From contig OX597817.1 in NCBI GenBank assembly GCA_951406725.2, forward strand, positions 99,820,001 to 99,884,000: a stretch of 64,000 bases of DNA. The letters run 5' to 3'. The notes under the pieces are model-generated. The model did no database searches. It saw only the letters and a program-made list of their open reading frames with translations, and had not been told where the DNA came from. Positions 49,291-63,499 of this stretch are shown here, one piece after another; position 1 is the stretch's first letter, and the number at the start of each line of letters is the position of its first letter. This stretch comes from Octopus vulgaris. Taxonomy: Eukaryota. Both the position numbers and the translations under genes were made by a program.

Positions 49291-51083
49291 ATAACATAAT
49301 CTATATTGCAGGTTATGTAATAACCAATAAAAACCAAGGATCAATATGTTTATACTTGATAATTTCAGAATCAAAGTGTTAAAAGAGTGTCATTACAAAC
49401 AATCCAAGACATGGTAACAGAACAAAAAATGTGACTGATTCATCTCAACCTACAACAGATATCTCATCAATATAAAGAACAACAATGAGATGGATATCAA
49501 CAAGAGGAAGAATAAGACAGAGAAGACATAGAACATAAGATGCATGAGATGGACATCAATTCTGTTTTAATATCTACTTTCCTTTGCTTGCATCGGTCAG
49601 AGGGAATTTGTTGAGACAGACTTTCTATGGCCAGATACCCTCCCTACTGTCAACCCACATGTTTCCAAGTAAGATAATATTTCACCATTGCCAGATATGT
49701 TTTTCATTTGATGTGATTTATGCCTGCTGGAAAAATATTATATTTTATTCCAGAACAATAAGTCTTTAAATCAAAGATGCAAACTCTTGAATTCCTGCAG
49801 ACACGCAACTAAATTTAAAATGTTGGCTAACAATATACCATATGGATGGTATATATTTTTTTATTCTTGGACTAGTTTTTAATCACACTGTTGGGTTTGT
49901 TCCTTATAATACATGATTTATCTCGCATCGCAAAGATATTGTATATATTCCAACATATTTCTTAAGAAAAACCTTTGACTGTTATATGCATATATTATTT
50001 TCTTGTTTAAGATTCTACTTTTATTTAATTTAATTTCATTTTATTGTGTATTATAAACCCATTTTAATCGTTTAATTCATAGATAATTTGATATAGGGTG
50101 TTCTATTTTGCATATCTTTTATCCGAATGTTGTTTGTATATATACATCAGGACCAAGATATGTTTTTATGTGGATGTTTGTATTGTTGGCATGTATATGT
50201 ATTCGTATGTGTGCGTCTATGTATATGTGTAAGTAAGCGTGTATGTTTTTACTTGTGCACATACATACATGGATGTATATGTATGCATGTATTCACTTAT
50301 ATTTGTGTGGATGTGTATTTACATACATATTTCCATATATTTATATATGTGATCTTATATGTGTATTTATGCTGATATACACTTTTGTATACACATTTAT
50401 AGGTAATTTTATTTTGTGTACATTCATTACACATATTCCACCACGTATCTTTCTTTCTTTTTCTTTCCTTATGGAAAGTATCCTTTCTCTCCCTATTCGT
50501 TACTTGTATAGCATCTTTTAACAAAGCGTTCCTCTTCTCTCCTCTTTCCCTCACTGTTACATTTAAGATCCTTCATTTTGTTTTTCTTTCCCCCTCCCTA
50601 CATTTTAAAATTTACTTCTCATCTAGCTTGTCTGTTATAACTTCTATATATATACACCAAGTGATTTTTGCATGCGAGCATGATTGCGTACATATGTATA
50701 CATGTGTATATGTGTGTGTATTTACATCTTACATATATATGTCTGTATATGTATGCAGTGTGTGTGCATCGATCTGTGTATTTTGATGTATATATGTATA
50801 TTGATGGTTTAGTAAGCATATATACTGTTGTAAAATATTTACGTAATATAGCATGAAAATTTTAATTTTAATGTATTGAATTATATTTCGTATATAATTA
50901 TTTACAATATGTATTTCTGAATCCGCTCTTTGATTTAAGGTTTTCCTTGATTTATATAGTAGGATGAATATAGTAGGATATATTGAATTCATTTTATTTT
51001 GTTTATTTTGTTCATTGTATGCTTAAAACCGTTAACTGAAATGACCAATGAAACAAATCCATTTTTAAAGGTGTATCCTTTAA

Positions 51084-52170
51084 CCCTTTCGATACCAAAC
51101 CGCCCAAAACCGCCCCAAAAAATTTTTGGTTAATGTGACCAAACCGCCCAAAGCCGCCCGAATTTACCTATTCATATTTAAATGACAATATCAGAGCAAA
51201 TCTCTTTAGTACATTCGTGAAAACACGTATTATACTTCGTAAACAGTTCAACTACAGTTTTGTACAAAAATCGAAGTGTAATTTTAATTCCGTGAATTTT
51301 GGGAGATTTTTTTCCGAAATTTGTTCCTATTGTGTTTTCAAAATTTGTAATTCTGACAAAAAATGGATACGAATTTCATTATATCAAGCAGCGAGTCAGA
51401 ATTCGAAGGATTTTCTACTGAAGACCTTCATAAATCTAACTCTATGACTGAAAAAAAAAAGCATGTGATATTTGATAATGAATCTGAGGTTTCATTTTCC
51501 GAAAGTGAAAACAGTGAATCCGAGAGCTCCGACAGCGATAAGGAAAATGAATTGGCACCTGAATGGAGTGAAAATTTAAAAACTGTTTCTTTCGGTGATT
51601 TTTCTGAAGAAACTGGACCAAGCCACAGACTTTCCCAGAAGAGTAAAGCCTTAGACTATTTCTTTTTACTTTTTCGAGTGAGCCTATTTGAAATCATTAC
51701 GGCGGAAACGAACCGTTACTCTAAATGTAAACAAAATGAAAGAAAGGATACTTTGTGGTTTCCCACAACCTTAAATGAAATTAAGGCTTATTTTGCCATA
51801 AATATTATTATGGGTATCAGAAAGTTACCCAGAATGACAAATTCTATAGTAAAATTTTGTTGTATACCCAATTGAATATTAGCTAATAACCCATTTTCTA
51901 TAGCGATGTTTGAACAAAATTTTAATAATTTTAGATTTTGTTGAATTTACCTGTATCTACCTGCAATTAGAGTCACTTTGTGACAAAAATTATAGTATGG
52001 AATTGGTTGAGAACATTTCATTAAATTATCTTCCAAAATTCACGTTAATATATTGATAAATAAAAAAGTTATAGTTGTTTAATGAAACCAGACTAAATTT
52101 ATGATTATGTTAGAAATTAATTGAAACACATAAAGGGTGTATTTTGGTCAGAAATATAGTAACGAAAGGG
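51084..52170 (+). mobile_element. Internally deleted piggyBac transposon
   Basis: TTAA TSDs 51080-51083 and 52171-52174; TIR ccctttcgatac/gtaacgaaaggg; ORF 51363-51875 with acidic N-terminus and ETNRY...WFPTTLNEIKAYFAINIIMGI. Confidence 0.92.
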
Positions 52171-52213
52171 TTAACTAGTTTTGATCATATCATTATTTCT
52201 GTTCTATTTTAAC

Positions 52214-52260
52214 AAAACTGTCCGACGAATAGGAACGTGAAACTCTGAGTAACAGCTTTT
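52214..52260 (+). ncRNA. Minimal type I hammerhead motif (U4 to C variant)
   Basis: aaaactgt-CCGACGA-ataggaacgt-GAAAC-tctga-GTA-acagctttt. Confidence 0.6.
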
Positions 52261-52287
52261 GTTATATTTCTTCTGCTTTTAAATAAA

Positions 52288-52323
<36 letters not shown>

Positions 52324-52409
52324 ACAAGGTATGAGAGTTGAATATATCTATTTAATAACTTGTCATTCTTAGGATTATAGCCATTTCACAGGCTTCTTCA
52401 TGATAATTT

Positions 52410-52730
52410 CATTATCATCATCATTATTTAACGTCCACTTTCCATGCTGGCATGTATTGGATGGTTCAACTGAGGACTGGCAAGCTACAAGGCTGCACCA
52501 GGCTTCAATCTGATCTGGCAAAGTTTCTACAGCTGGATGTCCTTCTCAACGCCAACCACTCTGAGAGTAGTGGGTGCTTTTTATGTGCCACCAGGATGGG
52601 GGCCAGTTAGGCGGCACTGGCATTGACCATGCTTGAAAGGTGCTTTTTACATGCCACCGGCATGGGTGCCAGCCAGGCGCAATGGCATCAGCCATGACAA
52701 CGATTTCACTTTACTCAACAGATCTTCTCA
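52410..52730 (-). mobile_element. RTE 3' UTR/tail fragment with two 60-bp units
   Basis: Reverse complement of the 23340-23634 type sequence. Confidence 0.75.
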
Positions 52731-52860
52731 AGTATGTGTGCATTAATATGCATGCTTGACATTATACAATACAATTGTATATTCACAAATCAATACAAAT
52801 AAAGAAAGCTAGCCCATCCGATCATTGTGGTTACATCAAAAATTCAATACTAATTGTGTA

Positions 52861-52894
<34 letters not shown>

Positions 52895-53223
52895 CACGCA
52901 CATACACACAGACACTTACACATACAACTGATACTTCATAAGGACTCTTCTATTAATTTATATAGGTGTGTTGCGAGTGAGATGTATAAAAAGCAAAAGA
53001 AATCCAATAAACACAATTAAACTGAAAGTGATTGCCCTGCCTTCTGCTGACAATAAAAGTAAACATTATCTTTAAGTCCAGTTGTATTTTCTGTTATCAC
53101 TCTGATAGCTGGTAACCAAAAAATATTGAATAGCAAAATATGCCTTGTTAAACTTGAGTCTTAAAAATTTTAACCTTGTACCAGCTGTAATGTTTTAGTC
53201 CCCAGGACTTCTTTCTACTATCA

Positions 53224-54002
53224 TCTTCTCTATATATAAACGGCAGTTTGTCTGTCTGTGTGTCTGTCAGGTTGTACCCTCACCCTGACCACGGCTTTCA
53301 ACCGATTCTGATGAAACCTGACATACACATAGCCCTATGTCATAATTCAAAACTAACGCAGCGAAAATTTTGAAAAGTCCCCCCAGTTCTGAAAAAAAAA
53401 TCGATAAATTCGACATGGGTCGAGAATCTAAGCCTTTTATATGCAACACATTTTCTACAGACTGTCTAGGGGACGCAACTCGACCTTTTTAACTCTCGGA
53501 ACACGTGGGGTAAGTATCCCAAAATATATAAAAATGTACAAAAACGGCAAAAAAGCGGGCAGCAATGTGAGTGACAACAACGAAAAAGTCAAAAGTGACC
53601 AAACTGAACAAACGAATGGAAAAGGGTTTTTTGGTGCACACGACAAAAGCGGTTTATAATAAACCAAGAGCTTGCAAGTAGCGTCTGAGGACCCTTAGGG
53701 TACGTCAAAAATTTAAGGTAAAACGTTTGGGGTGGTAGTTATAAAGAAAGTGTAAACAAAAAAAGTATTTGAATAACTTGCGGCTGTTACTTGGGGGTAA
53801 AGTCTCGAATGTAAATTCTTCCTGGTAGGAATTGGTTGGGTTGAATTATCGATAGCTGTTTGATAGTTATTTGGGAGTGAAGAGAAGACATTGCAACCTA
53901 CACATGCGCCTTCGTTCCCTAGAGGGAAAGGACTAGATTGGGATTAGTCGTTGCCTACTAGGGGCTCTTACATACCCGGGCAACGCCGGGCTATGCTGCT
54001 AG
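53224..54002 (+). mobile_element. Non-autonomous Helitron
   Basis: A|TC 5' end, 3' hairpin cccgggcaacgccggg, CTAG|T end, no TSD. Confidence 0.8.
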
Positions 54003-54045
54003 TATAAGACTAAAATAAACTGAATAATTAAAAAATGAAGCTCAC

Positions 54046-54186
54046 CAGCAACAAATATCTTTCCATCACATTCAGTTACTCCAGCACCTGCCCGTCTACG
54101 TTTTAAGCTTGGAGCAAATGTCCACTGATCTTTTCGGGGATTATATTTCTCTACTATGTTGTAACTACATGATCGGTCTTCTCCAC
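54046..54186 (-). CDS. Kelch-repeat protein, internal exon
   Basis: tttttgctag acceptor, gtgag donor, 141 nt, phase 1 to 1; GGEDRSCSYNIVEKYNPRKDQWTFAPSLKRRRAGAGVTECDGKIFVAG. Confidence 0.92.
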
Positions 54187-55192
54187 CTAGCAAAAATAAA
54201 AGTATATAAAAAATAAATTAACAGTAAAAAAAATCAAATGAAATATTACAACAATGAATAAAAGTATTTAACTCAGATGCTCTTTTTATATCTAATTGAA
54301 GAATGAAATTTAATAATAATTCTTTTCATATTTTAGAAATTTATAGACATTGTTTGAAAGTGTAAATATGCATTTAAAGAAATGACTTCTGCTTCTTGAC
54401 ATGATTTTTGGTATGCTACTTTAAACAAGCTTAAAATAATTATATTTTTGAGAATTGATGATAGTCAAGAATAGAAGACATGGCAGCACTGTATAAGTAT
54501 TAGACATATAAATGAAAGAAAAATAAGCATGCCATTATGCTCAGATACTGAATACTTGAATTAAATTAATTAAAGAGAATAACTGTTCAAATAAAAACAT
54601 AATAATTTCATAACAAAATGCTGAGAATAAGAATGAGGAATTTTAGGCACACGTTGAATAAAATAGAATGATCTAAATTAAAAACAAAAAATAAGCAAGA
54701 GAATAGGTAAAACACAAAAATCTTGTATAAAGTTGCATTAGGAAAGGAGTTTTTACTGTACAAGATATTTGAAATTAAATAAGGTATTCTAATAGAACTT
54801 TCAAAATTGGGATGATTATATGCATTGAATAGTGACAGGCTGGCAAGGGTGTAATTAGGGTGGGGCAGATACAGCAATACCCTAGGTGCCAAATTTTGGA
54901 GGGCACCACTTTACAAATTAAATACTAATTTTTAATTAAACTACAATCTTTTGGAAATGTACTAATATCATACTTCTTTATTTTATAAACTATGCACATA
55001 CATTTTCTAAAACTAGTACTGAAATAGCAACTTTAGAAAAAAGGGCTAACACCAATGCCACAAATGACAAAACCAGCATAAATTTTGTTCTATACTATCA
55101 CAAGCACTTCATAAAGTTACAAATTTCTTTCAGTAAACCATACTACAAATAAATCTAAATAGGAAATGTTTTTGATATGTATATATCATCAT

Positions 55193-55410
55193 AAGGCTGG
55201 CAGAATCATTAGAATGCTAGGCAAAATGCTCAGTGGCATTTCATCAGTGTTGACATTCTGAGTTCAAATTCTGCTGAGGGAGACTCTGCCTTTCACCTTT
55301 TCAGGGCCGATAAAATGAGTACCAATTGAATACTGGGGTCAACATAATTGACTTACCCTCCACCCCCAAAATTACTGACTTTGTGTCAAAACTTGAAATT
55401 CATATTTATA
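55193..55410 (+). mobile_element. SINE family B
   Basis: Similar to 48599-48825. Confidence 0.7.
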
Positions 55411-55959
55411 TCATCATTATCATCATATAATGTCCATTTTCCATGTTGGCAACAGTTGGACAATATAATAAACTCAAATTATAAAATCTAATTAAATAAC
55501 CAGATAATACACATTCAAGCTGCCAATTTGTACAAGGAAACAATATCAAATAAGGAAAGTAAAACACATTCCTATCCACTTTTCCATGCTCACATGGCAA
55601 ATGACCAGATATGCTTTCACTGAAGATTGGAAACAAACGGCACTGCTTGTATGATGGTGCTGCCTCTTTACAACTTTCACACAATGTAATAAGGAAACAA
55701 ATGCACACACAGATATATATATATACACGACAGGCTTCTTTCAGTTTCCACTTACCAAATCCACTGACAAGGCTTTGGTCAGCCCAGAAATGTTGTAGAA
55801 GACACTTATTATGCAGTGGTACTGAACCCAAACCTGAAGCCATGTGGTTGGGAAGTAAACTCCTTAATCACACAGCTATGCTTGTAGTTATATATATAAT
55901 ATATTAAGTATACACACACATTATCATCATCATTTGATAGGCCAGGTATTGAGTGGGTA

Positions 55960-56685
55960 AAGTATGATATAAGGGCAGGAATAGGTATCTTGCTGCAGAG
56001 GAGATACAAGGCAAGCCCAGTTGGAAAAAGAGAGAGGATGGTGGTAATGAAGTGTCAGGGTGTGTCCTCAAGGTACAAGAAGGCAGTTATATGAGAGAAT
56101 AGGGACGGAGAATTGGGAAGGGTGAGTAAGTTGGTGAGGGTGAAAGGGGAGTGACAGATGGTTAGAAGGAGATATAGGGTATTACTGTAAATAGTCAATG
56201 CATGGTCAATGATGAACATCAGTTTGGGAGAGAAGGTGAAAGAAATAGAAGTGTGTCAGAGAGGTGATAAGTAGCAGTACAAAAAAAGGTGGGGTACAGA
56301 GCAACATTATAATGAAACTATAAATAGATGAGAAATAGGGAGGAAATTTGCAGTGTGGGTAGTCTGAAAAGGTGAGGCACCGAAACAATTAAGGTCAGAA
56401 TTATGTGGGGGTAAACATAGTGACAAAACAAGATGGAGGATCAATGGTAGACATGAGAGGGTATTCAGAAAAGAGTAGTAAGAATGTGGAATGGGTGAAC
56501 AGGAAGTGATTCTAAAGATATAGTGATAGCACAAAAGGAGCATGAAAAAGTGCAGTAGTTAGAAGAGCAATGGAGGGATAAGTGTATTGTGAGGAGGCTG
56601 AACAGGGACAGACTGGGTGTAAGGGCAAAAACATAAATGATATGCTTTTAGGACCTCATTTTTTTGCTGAGAAGGACAGATCTTC
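55960..56685 (-). mobile_element. Non-coding retroposon related to 16362-17400
   Basis: Shared ggtatcttgctg..gaggagataca and taggacctcattttt motifs. Confidence 0.5.
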
Positions 56686-56984
56686 TAGTGATTCTAGAGA
56701 ACAGTGAATCACCAATCATCTTGGACCTTTGTCATCTCCTCTGGGAGGCTCACCATCCTGAGGTTGGTCTTCACTAGAGTTATCACACAGCTGATATTAC
56801 ATCGATGCTGTCGTTAGTGAATACTAAAGATTAAAAACAAAAACAAAAACATTAATTTATTGATATTTCTTAAATGTAGGCCCTCTGCATACTAGTGAGT
56901 TTACAAGGAAAGTGTAATTATTGTAATAAGAATAAATTTATTGGACCTTACAAAACCTTTCAATAGAGGAGATAAATATATTTT

Positions 56985-57365
56985 TTTATTCTTTTACTTG
57001 TTTCAGTCATTTGACTGTGGCCATGCTGGAGCACTGCCTTTAGTTGGGCAAATCGGCCCCAAGACTTATTCTTTGTAGTATTTATTCTATCGGTCTCTTT
57101 TGCCGAACTGCTAAGTCACAGGGACATAAACACACCAGCATCAGTTGTCAAGCGATGACAAACACAGACACATAAACACACATATATATATATACATATA
57201 TACGATGGGATTCTTTCAGTTTCTCTCTACCAAATCCACTCACAAGGCTTTGGTCGGCCCGAGGCTATAGTAAAAGACACTTGCCCAAGGTGCCACGTTG
57301 TGGGACTGAACCTGGAACCATGTGGTTGGTAGGCAAGCTACTTACCACACAGTCACTCTTTGCAT
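56985..57365 (-). mobile_element. SINE family A, full length
   Basis: Reverse complement of the 62570-62945 type. Confidence 0.85.
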
Positions 57366-58859
57366 GAGAATTGTGTAGCTTCCACATCAGAGAGAGTAAA
57401 TGAAGCACAAATTCAACTTTCGAGCAGGAAATTGATGCCCAGAAGTTGATAACTCATAAATATATATGAAAACACCTACACGAAACCAACTTACCTGCAT
57501 TCAACCTAAGTGAAAGTGAAATGACAACAGATACAAACAACATTCATAGTGTACTACAACTATCATTACATCCTATCAGCAAATTTCATCCAAATTCAAA
57601 CTCTAGTTATATTTTTATGATTTTTTAATACTGGATTGGCTGCATTTCAGCAGAGTCTCTAGTTTTTAATTGAGAGATTTATATTGAGGACTTTTAAGAG
57701 TTAAATGATTCAAGTAGTATTTTCAAAAAAAATATTAGTATTACATCCTGGCTTTCTCTACTGAAAGTTGGACAATAAATGTAACTTTTGATCATGCTAC
57801 TCTGAATATGCTGAGACAGTTGACTGGTAAAACTATTTGTGTATAGAATGTGCATCTCTAAAATTTAGATGTGAAAATAAGGAAAAATGTATATATTATA
57901 CAAGTATAGCAATGATGTGTTGTTTGTATGCTTTGTAGTAGGTCTTGGATCATGGGAGTACTGTTACAACTTACTTCTTACCAGATTTAAAAATTAAGAT
58001 CTGGTAGATTTTATAATTAATTTTGTGTGTGTACATATATACACACACACACATCTGTAGCATTGTTACTGTTTTATATATATATATATATATATTTATT
58101 GTAAGTCACGTATGAATGTAACTGGTAGAATGGTTATTAACCATACTACTTAGAAGTTGAATCCATGTGATGATTTTTAATTTGTATTTCATTATTAATA
58201 AGAATTTCAGTAATTCCTTCTCTTCTTTATTTTCTGGACAATTCTATACAAAATTGTAGTCCAGTCAACTGATGATTTTTATCAGTTTTATGTACAAGTT
58301 GCAATATTACTCTCAGTTTTATGTACAAATTGCTATATTACTCTCAAATAAGAGTCGGTGCTGCTGAGAGACATTCTAGACATTCTACACCACATCCAGA
58401 AAAGAGCCACTATAAAGTCAGTCACAGACATAATCCAGTCTCTGGCCCACAAACATTCTATCTCCTTTCTCAACCTTTTCTATCATTATTATACTGACCT
58501 CTGCTCTTTAGAGCTTACTAGGTACATGCTTCATTTTACTCAGGTAACCAGACTTACCGCTCTCTCCTCCTCTCATCACTATTATACTGTCCAATGCTCC
58601 AGAGCCACTACATTAACCACTACACCCAGTCCTTCCATCAAATCCCTTTTTATTAATATCTTTAGGTGTTGTCTTACAGTTTAAGAGAAAAAGAAATGAT
58701 ATCAATCTCATAGGTCGAGGAGGAATTGCAAGGGCCATGGACACTGATAATCCCTTCAGATCCAGCAAGGTAAAAAAAAAAAAAGAGAATATATTAATGT
58801 ATACATACATATTTTCACACACACATACAAAAACAAATATACACAGTAGCAAAAGCTAC

Positions 58860-59750
58860 CTAGGGAGCCTCCTGGGCATTTGAGAAAATCTAGTTACTGT
58901 GTGTCCTGAGTGTTTATTGTTTCTGTGCATCTTTCACAAACAACTTTCTGTTAACCTACCTGTGATTCCATTGCACCTTTTATGTGACCATAGCTTGCAC
59001 TGAGTGCATCAGATGGAATTTTTTCCAACACTTTTCCTACATAATGAGCAGGGCCATTTACTTGATGGGAAAAATAGTCTTAACTGCTTTCTTGCTAACA
59101 ACTTTGGTCTTCACTTGGTTAAATTTAAGGCCCACTTTTTTTAATTCTGTTGCAGATTTTGCTAGAAGAGTGAGGTTATCAACATATAATAGCATCCATG
59201 GGCAACCAGTCTTAAATTCCTGTTATGGCCTGGAGGACTATGATGAATAAGAGGGAACCAAGAACAGAGCCTTGGTGAACTAGTTATACACTTAATTCAT
59301 CACTGTACTCATGGCTGACTCTTCCCTATTGACCTTTTATTTAGCTTGTTTGACTCTAACAAATCATTTCTCTACTCCTAACTTTGTTAGAGGCCACCAG
59401 ATAACAGAATCAGTGACTCTATTGAAGGTTTTCCCCAGGTTGATGAATGAAAAGTACAATGATATACTTTTAGCTAGGAAGATGGCATCTATAGTACTTC
59501 TCCTTGGCACAAAATCAAACTGCATTTCATCTAGTCTAACCAATTAGACTATAACTCTGTAACTTTCACAGCCTGATCTAGTAGTTTGATACATTTGTAA
59601 TTGTTTCTAAAGTATCACCTTTACTCTTGTAGCAGCTAACTATAATGTTGCTACACTAGTCATTGGATATAGAACACCTGATTGACTATAAGAGTGACTA
59701 GGGCATATCCTACGCCATCATATATTTTAAGCATTTCAGTAGGGATTCTT
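58860..59750 (-). mobile_element. Degenerate RTE RT fragment
   Basis: Minus strand EMQFDFVPRRSTIDAIF and QGSVLGSLLFIIVLQAIT. Confidence 0.75.
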
Positions 59751-60689
59751 GATAACACACACATGCACATTTATACACCCTCACACACACAGAAATCTTA
59801 ACTATTTCATGAAAATTTTAATCATCCAAAATCTATAACAGGTAATCTTGTAAAGAATATCTCTTATAATTTCCATTCTAACCTTTAACAGAAATATCTA
59901 ATAATCACTCTGAATATAATAATGAGACTCTGTTGAAAAGTGGTTTTGAGGATAAGATCCAATTTATTACAACACCTGATTAACACAACTTTAAATTTAG
60001 CATACATTCAATGCAAAACATTAATAACCCCATGACCCCTTAATTCAACCTTCCAAATGTCAGAAAAATTTATTAAAACAAACAAAATGAATCTAAAGTA
60101 TGCAACTTTATTAAAATAAAATGTATAAAAAATTTAATAATAAGGTTGAATTAAAAAGTTACAACACACTTAACACAACTATCAAAAATTCTAAGAAGGT
60201 AGGATAAAAATAACATATTCCATTAGGACCAAGATACCTGGTACCTTGCTGTACTCAAGAAGACCTGTCTTACACTGCATCCCCTGGTGAAGAGGATTGT
60301 GCTAGTATAACATAAAGCGCTCATGCTGGTGACACATTGAAAGCACCCATCACACACTGTAAAGTGGTTGACATTAGGAAGGGCGTCCAGCTGGAGAAAC
60401 CAAGCTAAATCAGACTGGAATCTGGTGCAGCTTCCCAGTTCTAGTCAAATCGTCCAACCCATGCCAGCATGGGAAACAGACAGATGATGTTGATGAATAC
60501 TCACACAGCATACCTTCAAATAGACCCATTAAAGAACTATAATAAACCTCCCATAAAAAGTACTATTACACAAGGTATAAAATAGAAATATTAAAATGTG
60601 AAAGAGGAATTCAAATTAATTTAATGCATTTTACACAAAAAAGTTACAACAAATATACCTAAAGTTTTCTTTATCATATTAAGAGCAAA

Positions 60690-61860
60690 AGTGCAAGTGT
60701 GTTGAGAAAAAAGTTAGGCATATGAGAAATCAGATATAACATGCAAGAAAAAGACTACTTTGGTTTGGTCATGTGAAACATGAATGAAAACCACTGTATA
60801 AAGAAGTGCCAATCATTGAGAGTGGATGGTACCTGAGAAAGAAGGAGACCCAGGAAGATATGGGATGATGTAGTGAGGACCACACTCAGGATATTGGGGC
60901 TCACAGAGGAGATGACAATGGACTGAGATGTCTGACAATATGCAGTTCTTGAGAAGACATGAGTTCCACCCACATGTAACAATAAAACTTCTTCCACACC
61001 CTACTTCAACAAACAGAACTACATCTCTCCTCTTCCTAGAAATTCCTCTTAATGTACTATGCTTATTTCATGCTCCCCAGTCCTGCCCTCGTTGCCTTGC
61101 TCACTGTATCATTACTATCTTATTGTCCTCCACCTACTCTATATGCTGAGGTTTTACCAGTTACTGCAACCCCATCCTGACACACTTTGCATTCATATGA
61201 AATTTCTACTCCTTACTTATGCACCTTAGCAATAACTTACCATTTATATTCTGACCCAGTATCTTGAGGGCATGCCCTTCCACTTTGCTGCCACTTAAGT
61301 CCCCTTGTCTCTTCTGTGACATTCCATTTATATTCTGATCCCTGTTCCTTGTGAGCATTCCCTGAGGCATCGCCACCATCTCTCTCCTAATCTCTTTCTC
61401 TTGTGCTATCCTTTGAACTGGTTAACCATCAGCAACACACCCTTTACTGACCTTAATCTTGATCACTCCTTTCTTTCTCTGACCAGGTAACCATGTATCT
61501 TCTCTACAACAGGATACCGGTTTCTGTCTCTCTGTCACATTCTAGCCTTTCATCATCTGGCACAAGATCACCTCCAATGCCACAACCCCTCTCAAAGTCT
61601 ACACTGTAAAGTGGTTGGCATTTGGAAGGGCATCTAACTGAAAAACCATGCCAGAACTGACCTCGCCTGTGCTGGTGTCATGTAAAAAGCACTCAGTACA
61701 CTCTGCGGAGTGGTTGGTGTTACGAAGGGCATCTAGCTATAAAAACCATGCCAAAACAGACAGAAAAGCATGGTGCAGTCTTCTGCCTAGCCAGCTCCTG
61801 TCAAATCGCCCAACCCATGCCAGCATGGAAAGTGGATGTTAAATGATGATGACGATAGTG
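60690..61860 (+). mobile_element. RTE C-terminus, long pyrimidine-rich 3' UTR and tail
   Basis: QEKRLLWFGHV...RRRPRKIW; tail ending gatgatgacg. Confidence 0.7.
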
Positions 61861-62155
61861 ATTAAGCAGGAACTTTTCTCCGAAACACAAGTATCAATTT
61901 ATTTTTAATAAGCACACTGTTAAATTCTCTTACTGTATCACACCATAATCTTGTGGAGATTACAGAATAGTACAGTAAATAGTCTTTCATTTGACTCAGC
62001 AAGATATAATTCTATAGAAACTTTTCAAATAGCATTTATATAAAATTATTTTTATCCTCACTACATAAAAAATTATACTTATACCTGTGAATTTCTTTAT
62101 CGTTATTGTATCATATTATTATTGATTGGAAACAGGCATCCTGCTTCTGAAAATA

Positions 62156-63388
62156 TATTACATAGAAAAATGCAAGCAAGGGAAATAGTATTCTTGAGAT
62201 TATAAACCTAGAAAATTACAGGACAAGTTATTACACTTGGAAAAGTTCAGGACAACTTTATTACATCTGGTAAAGTACAAAACAAGAAATTTTTTACTTA
62301 AAATATTGCAGCTAAGGATAAAATTTCAAATAGAACATTTAGATTTAGAAAATATTAGCTTTTATTAAAACTAAAAATTCTATTACAAGTTATTATTTCT
62401 ATTTGTTATAACTTGTTACTTTTATTAAAAATAAAAAATAAGTCAAAATATTTTTTGCAATTTTTTTTTTAATTATTAATTAGAAATTTGAAAATAGGTT
62501 ATAAAAAATAATAGTAGTACATAACTATTTAGAACAATAAATAAAATAATACAAAAATTAGTTAGAATAGGCGCAGGAGTGGCTGTGTGGTAAGTAGCTT
62601 ACTTACCAACCGCCATGGTTCCAGGTTCAGTCCTACTGCATGGCACCTTGGGCAAGTGTCTTCTACTATAGCCTCGGGTCAACCAAAGCCTTGTGAGTGG
62701 ATTTGGTAGCCAGAAATTGAAAGAAGCTCGTCATATATATATATATATGTATGTATATATATGTTTGTGTGCCTGTGTTTGTCCCCCCAACATCGCTTAA
62801 CAACCGATGCTGGTGTGTTTACATGCCCGTAGCTTAGCGGTTCGGCAAAAGAGACTAATAGAATGAGTACTAGGCTTACAAAGACTAAGTCCTGGAGTTG
62901 ATTTGTTCAACTAAAGGTGGTGACACAAGTAAAAGAATAAAAGATTTACAGTAAAATCTACCTATAACAACAAATTCACAGTAAAATTTGCTCGAGTTAT
63001 TGCCAAGTTTCCACATTTTTAATCTTGACCCAATGCCTATTTTTTACATAATGAATTTGCCTGCCATATATACTATTCTACTTTGCAGAGAACTTCAGTT
63101 ATATTGGTACTTCTGGCTCTCATTTGTTAAGTATTCTAGTGTGTCAATATTTTAATAAAATGATGGTACCTTTTTTTATTATAATGTTACTTTGTAAATT
63201 AAAATCAAATAATTTTTAATATTCAAGTTTTATCCTTAGCTGCAATATTTTAAGTAAAAATTTTCTGTACTTTACTAGATGTAATAAGTTGTTCCAAACT
63301 TTTCCAAGTGTAATAACTTGTCCTGTGATTTTCCAGGTTTATAATCTTTAGAATATTATTTCTCTTGCTCACATTTTTCCATGTAATC
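62156..63388. mobile_element. MITE-like element with ~170-bp inverted arms
   Basis: 62156-62330 is an imperfect reverse complement of 63219-63388. Confidence 0.75.
62570..62945 (+). mobile_element. tRNA-derived SINE family A, nested in the MITE
   Basis: A box tggctgtgtgg, B box ggttcagtcc, internal (TA)n. Confidence 0.85.
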
Positions 63389-63499
63389 CATGTTTTTTCC
63401 AGGCTATGCTATTATGCTAATTAATAATGTATTAAATGTGTTAATTAGCGGTGTCGTTGATAACCATGTGTTCACTAACATGCTCCCACCTTTTGGAGG

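Larger units (their letters stand above)
49705..52290 (+). mobile_element. Penelope-like element 3' end (C-terminal peptide, long UTR, terminal hammerhead), interrupted by piggyBac
   Basis: CDLCLLEKYYIL...SLNQRCKLLNSCRH from 49712; HHR at 52214; AATAAA then (TA)n; continuity across the UTR is inferred. Confidence 0.6.

Noticed and set aside
53306-53320. CTGATGAAAC inside the Helitron
   Set aside because: No room for stem II and no flanking stems
27028-54186. Specific KLHL gene symbol
   Set aside because: Only C-terminal kelch repeats are visible, so the ortholog cannot be assigned without a search
57488-57606. Possible upstream kelch exon (ttacctg donor-like motif)
   Set aside because: No kelch-like open frame; upstream exons probably lie beyond the window
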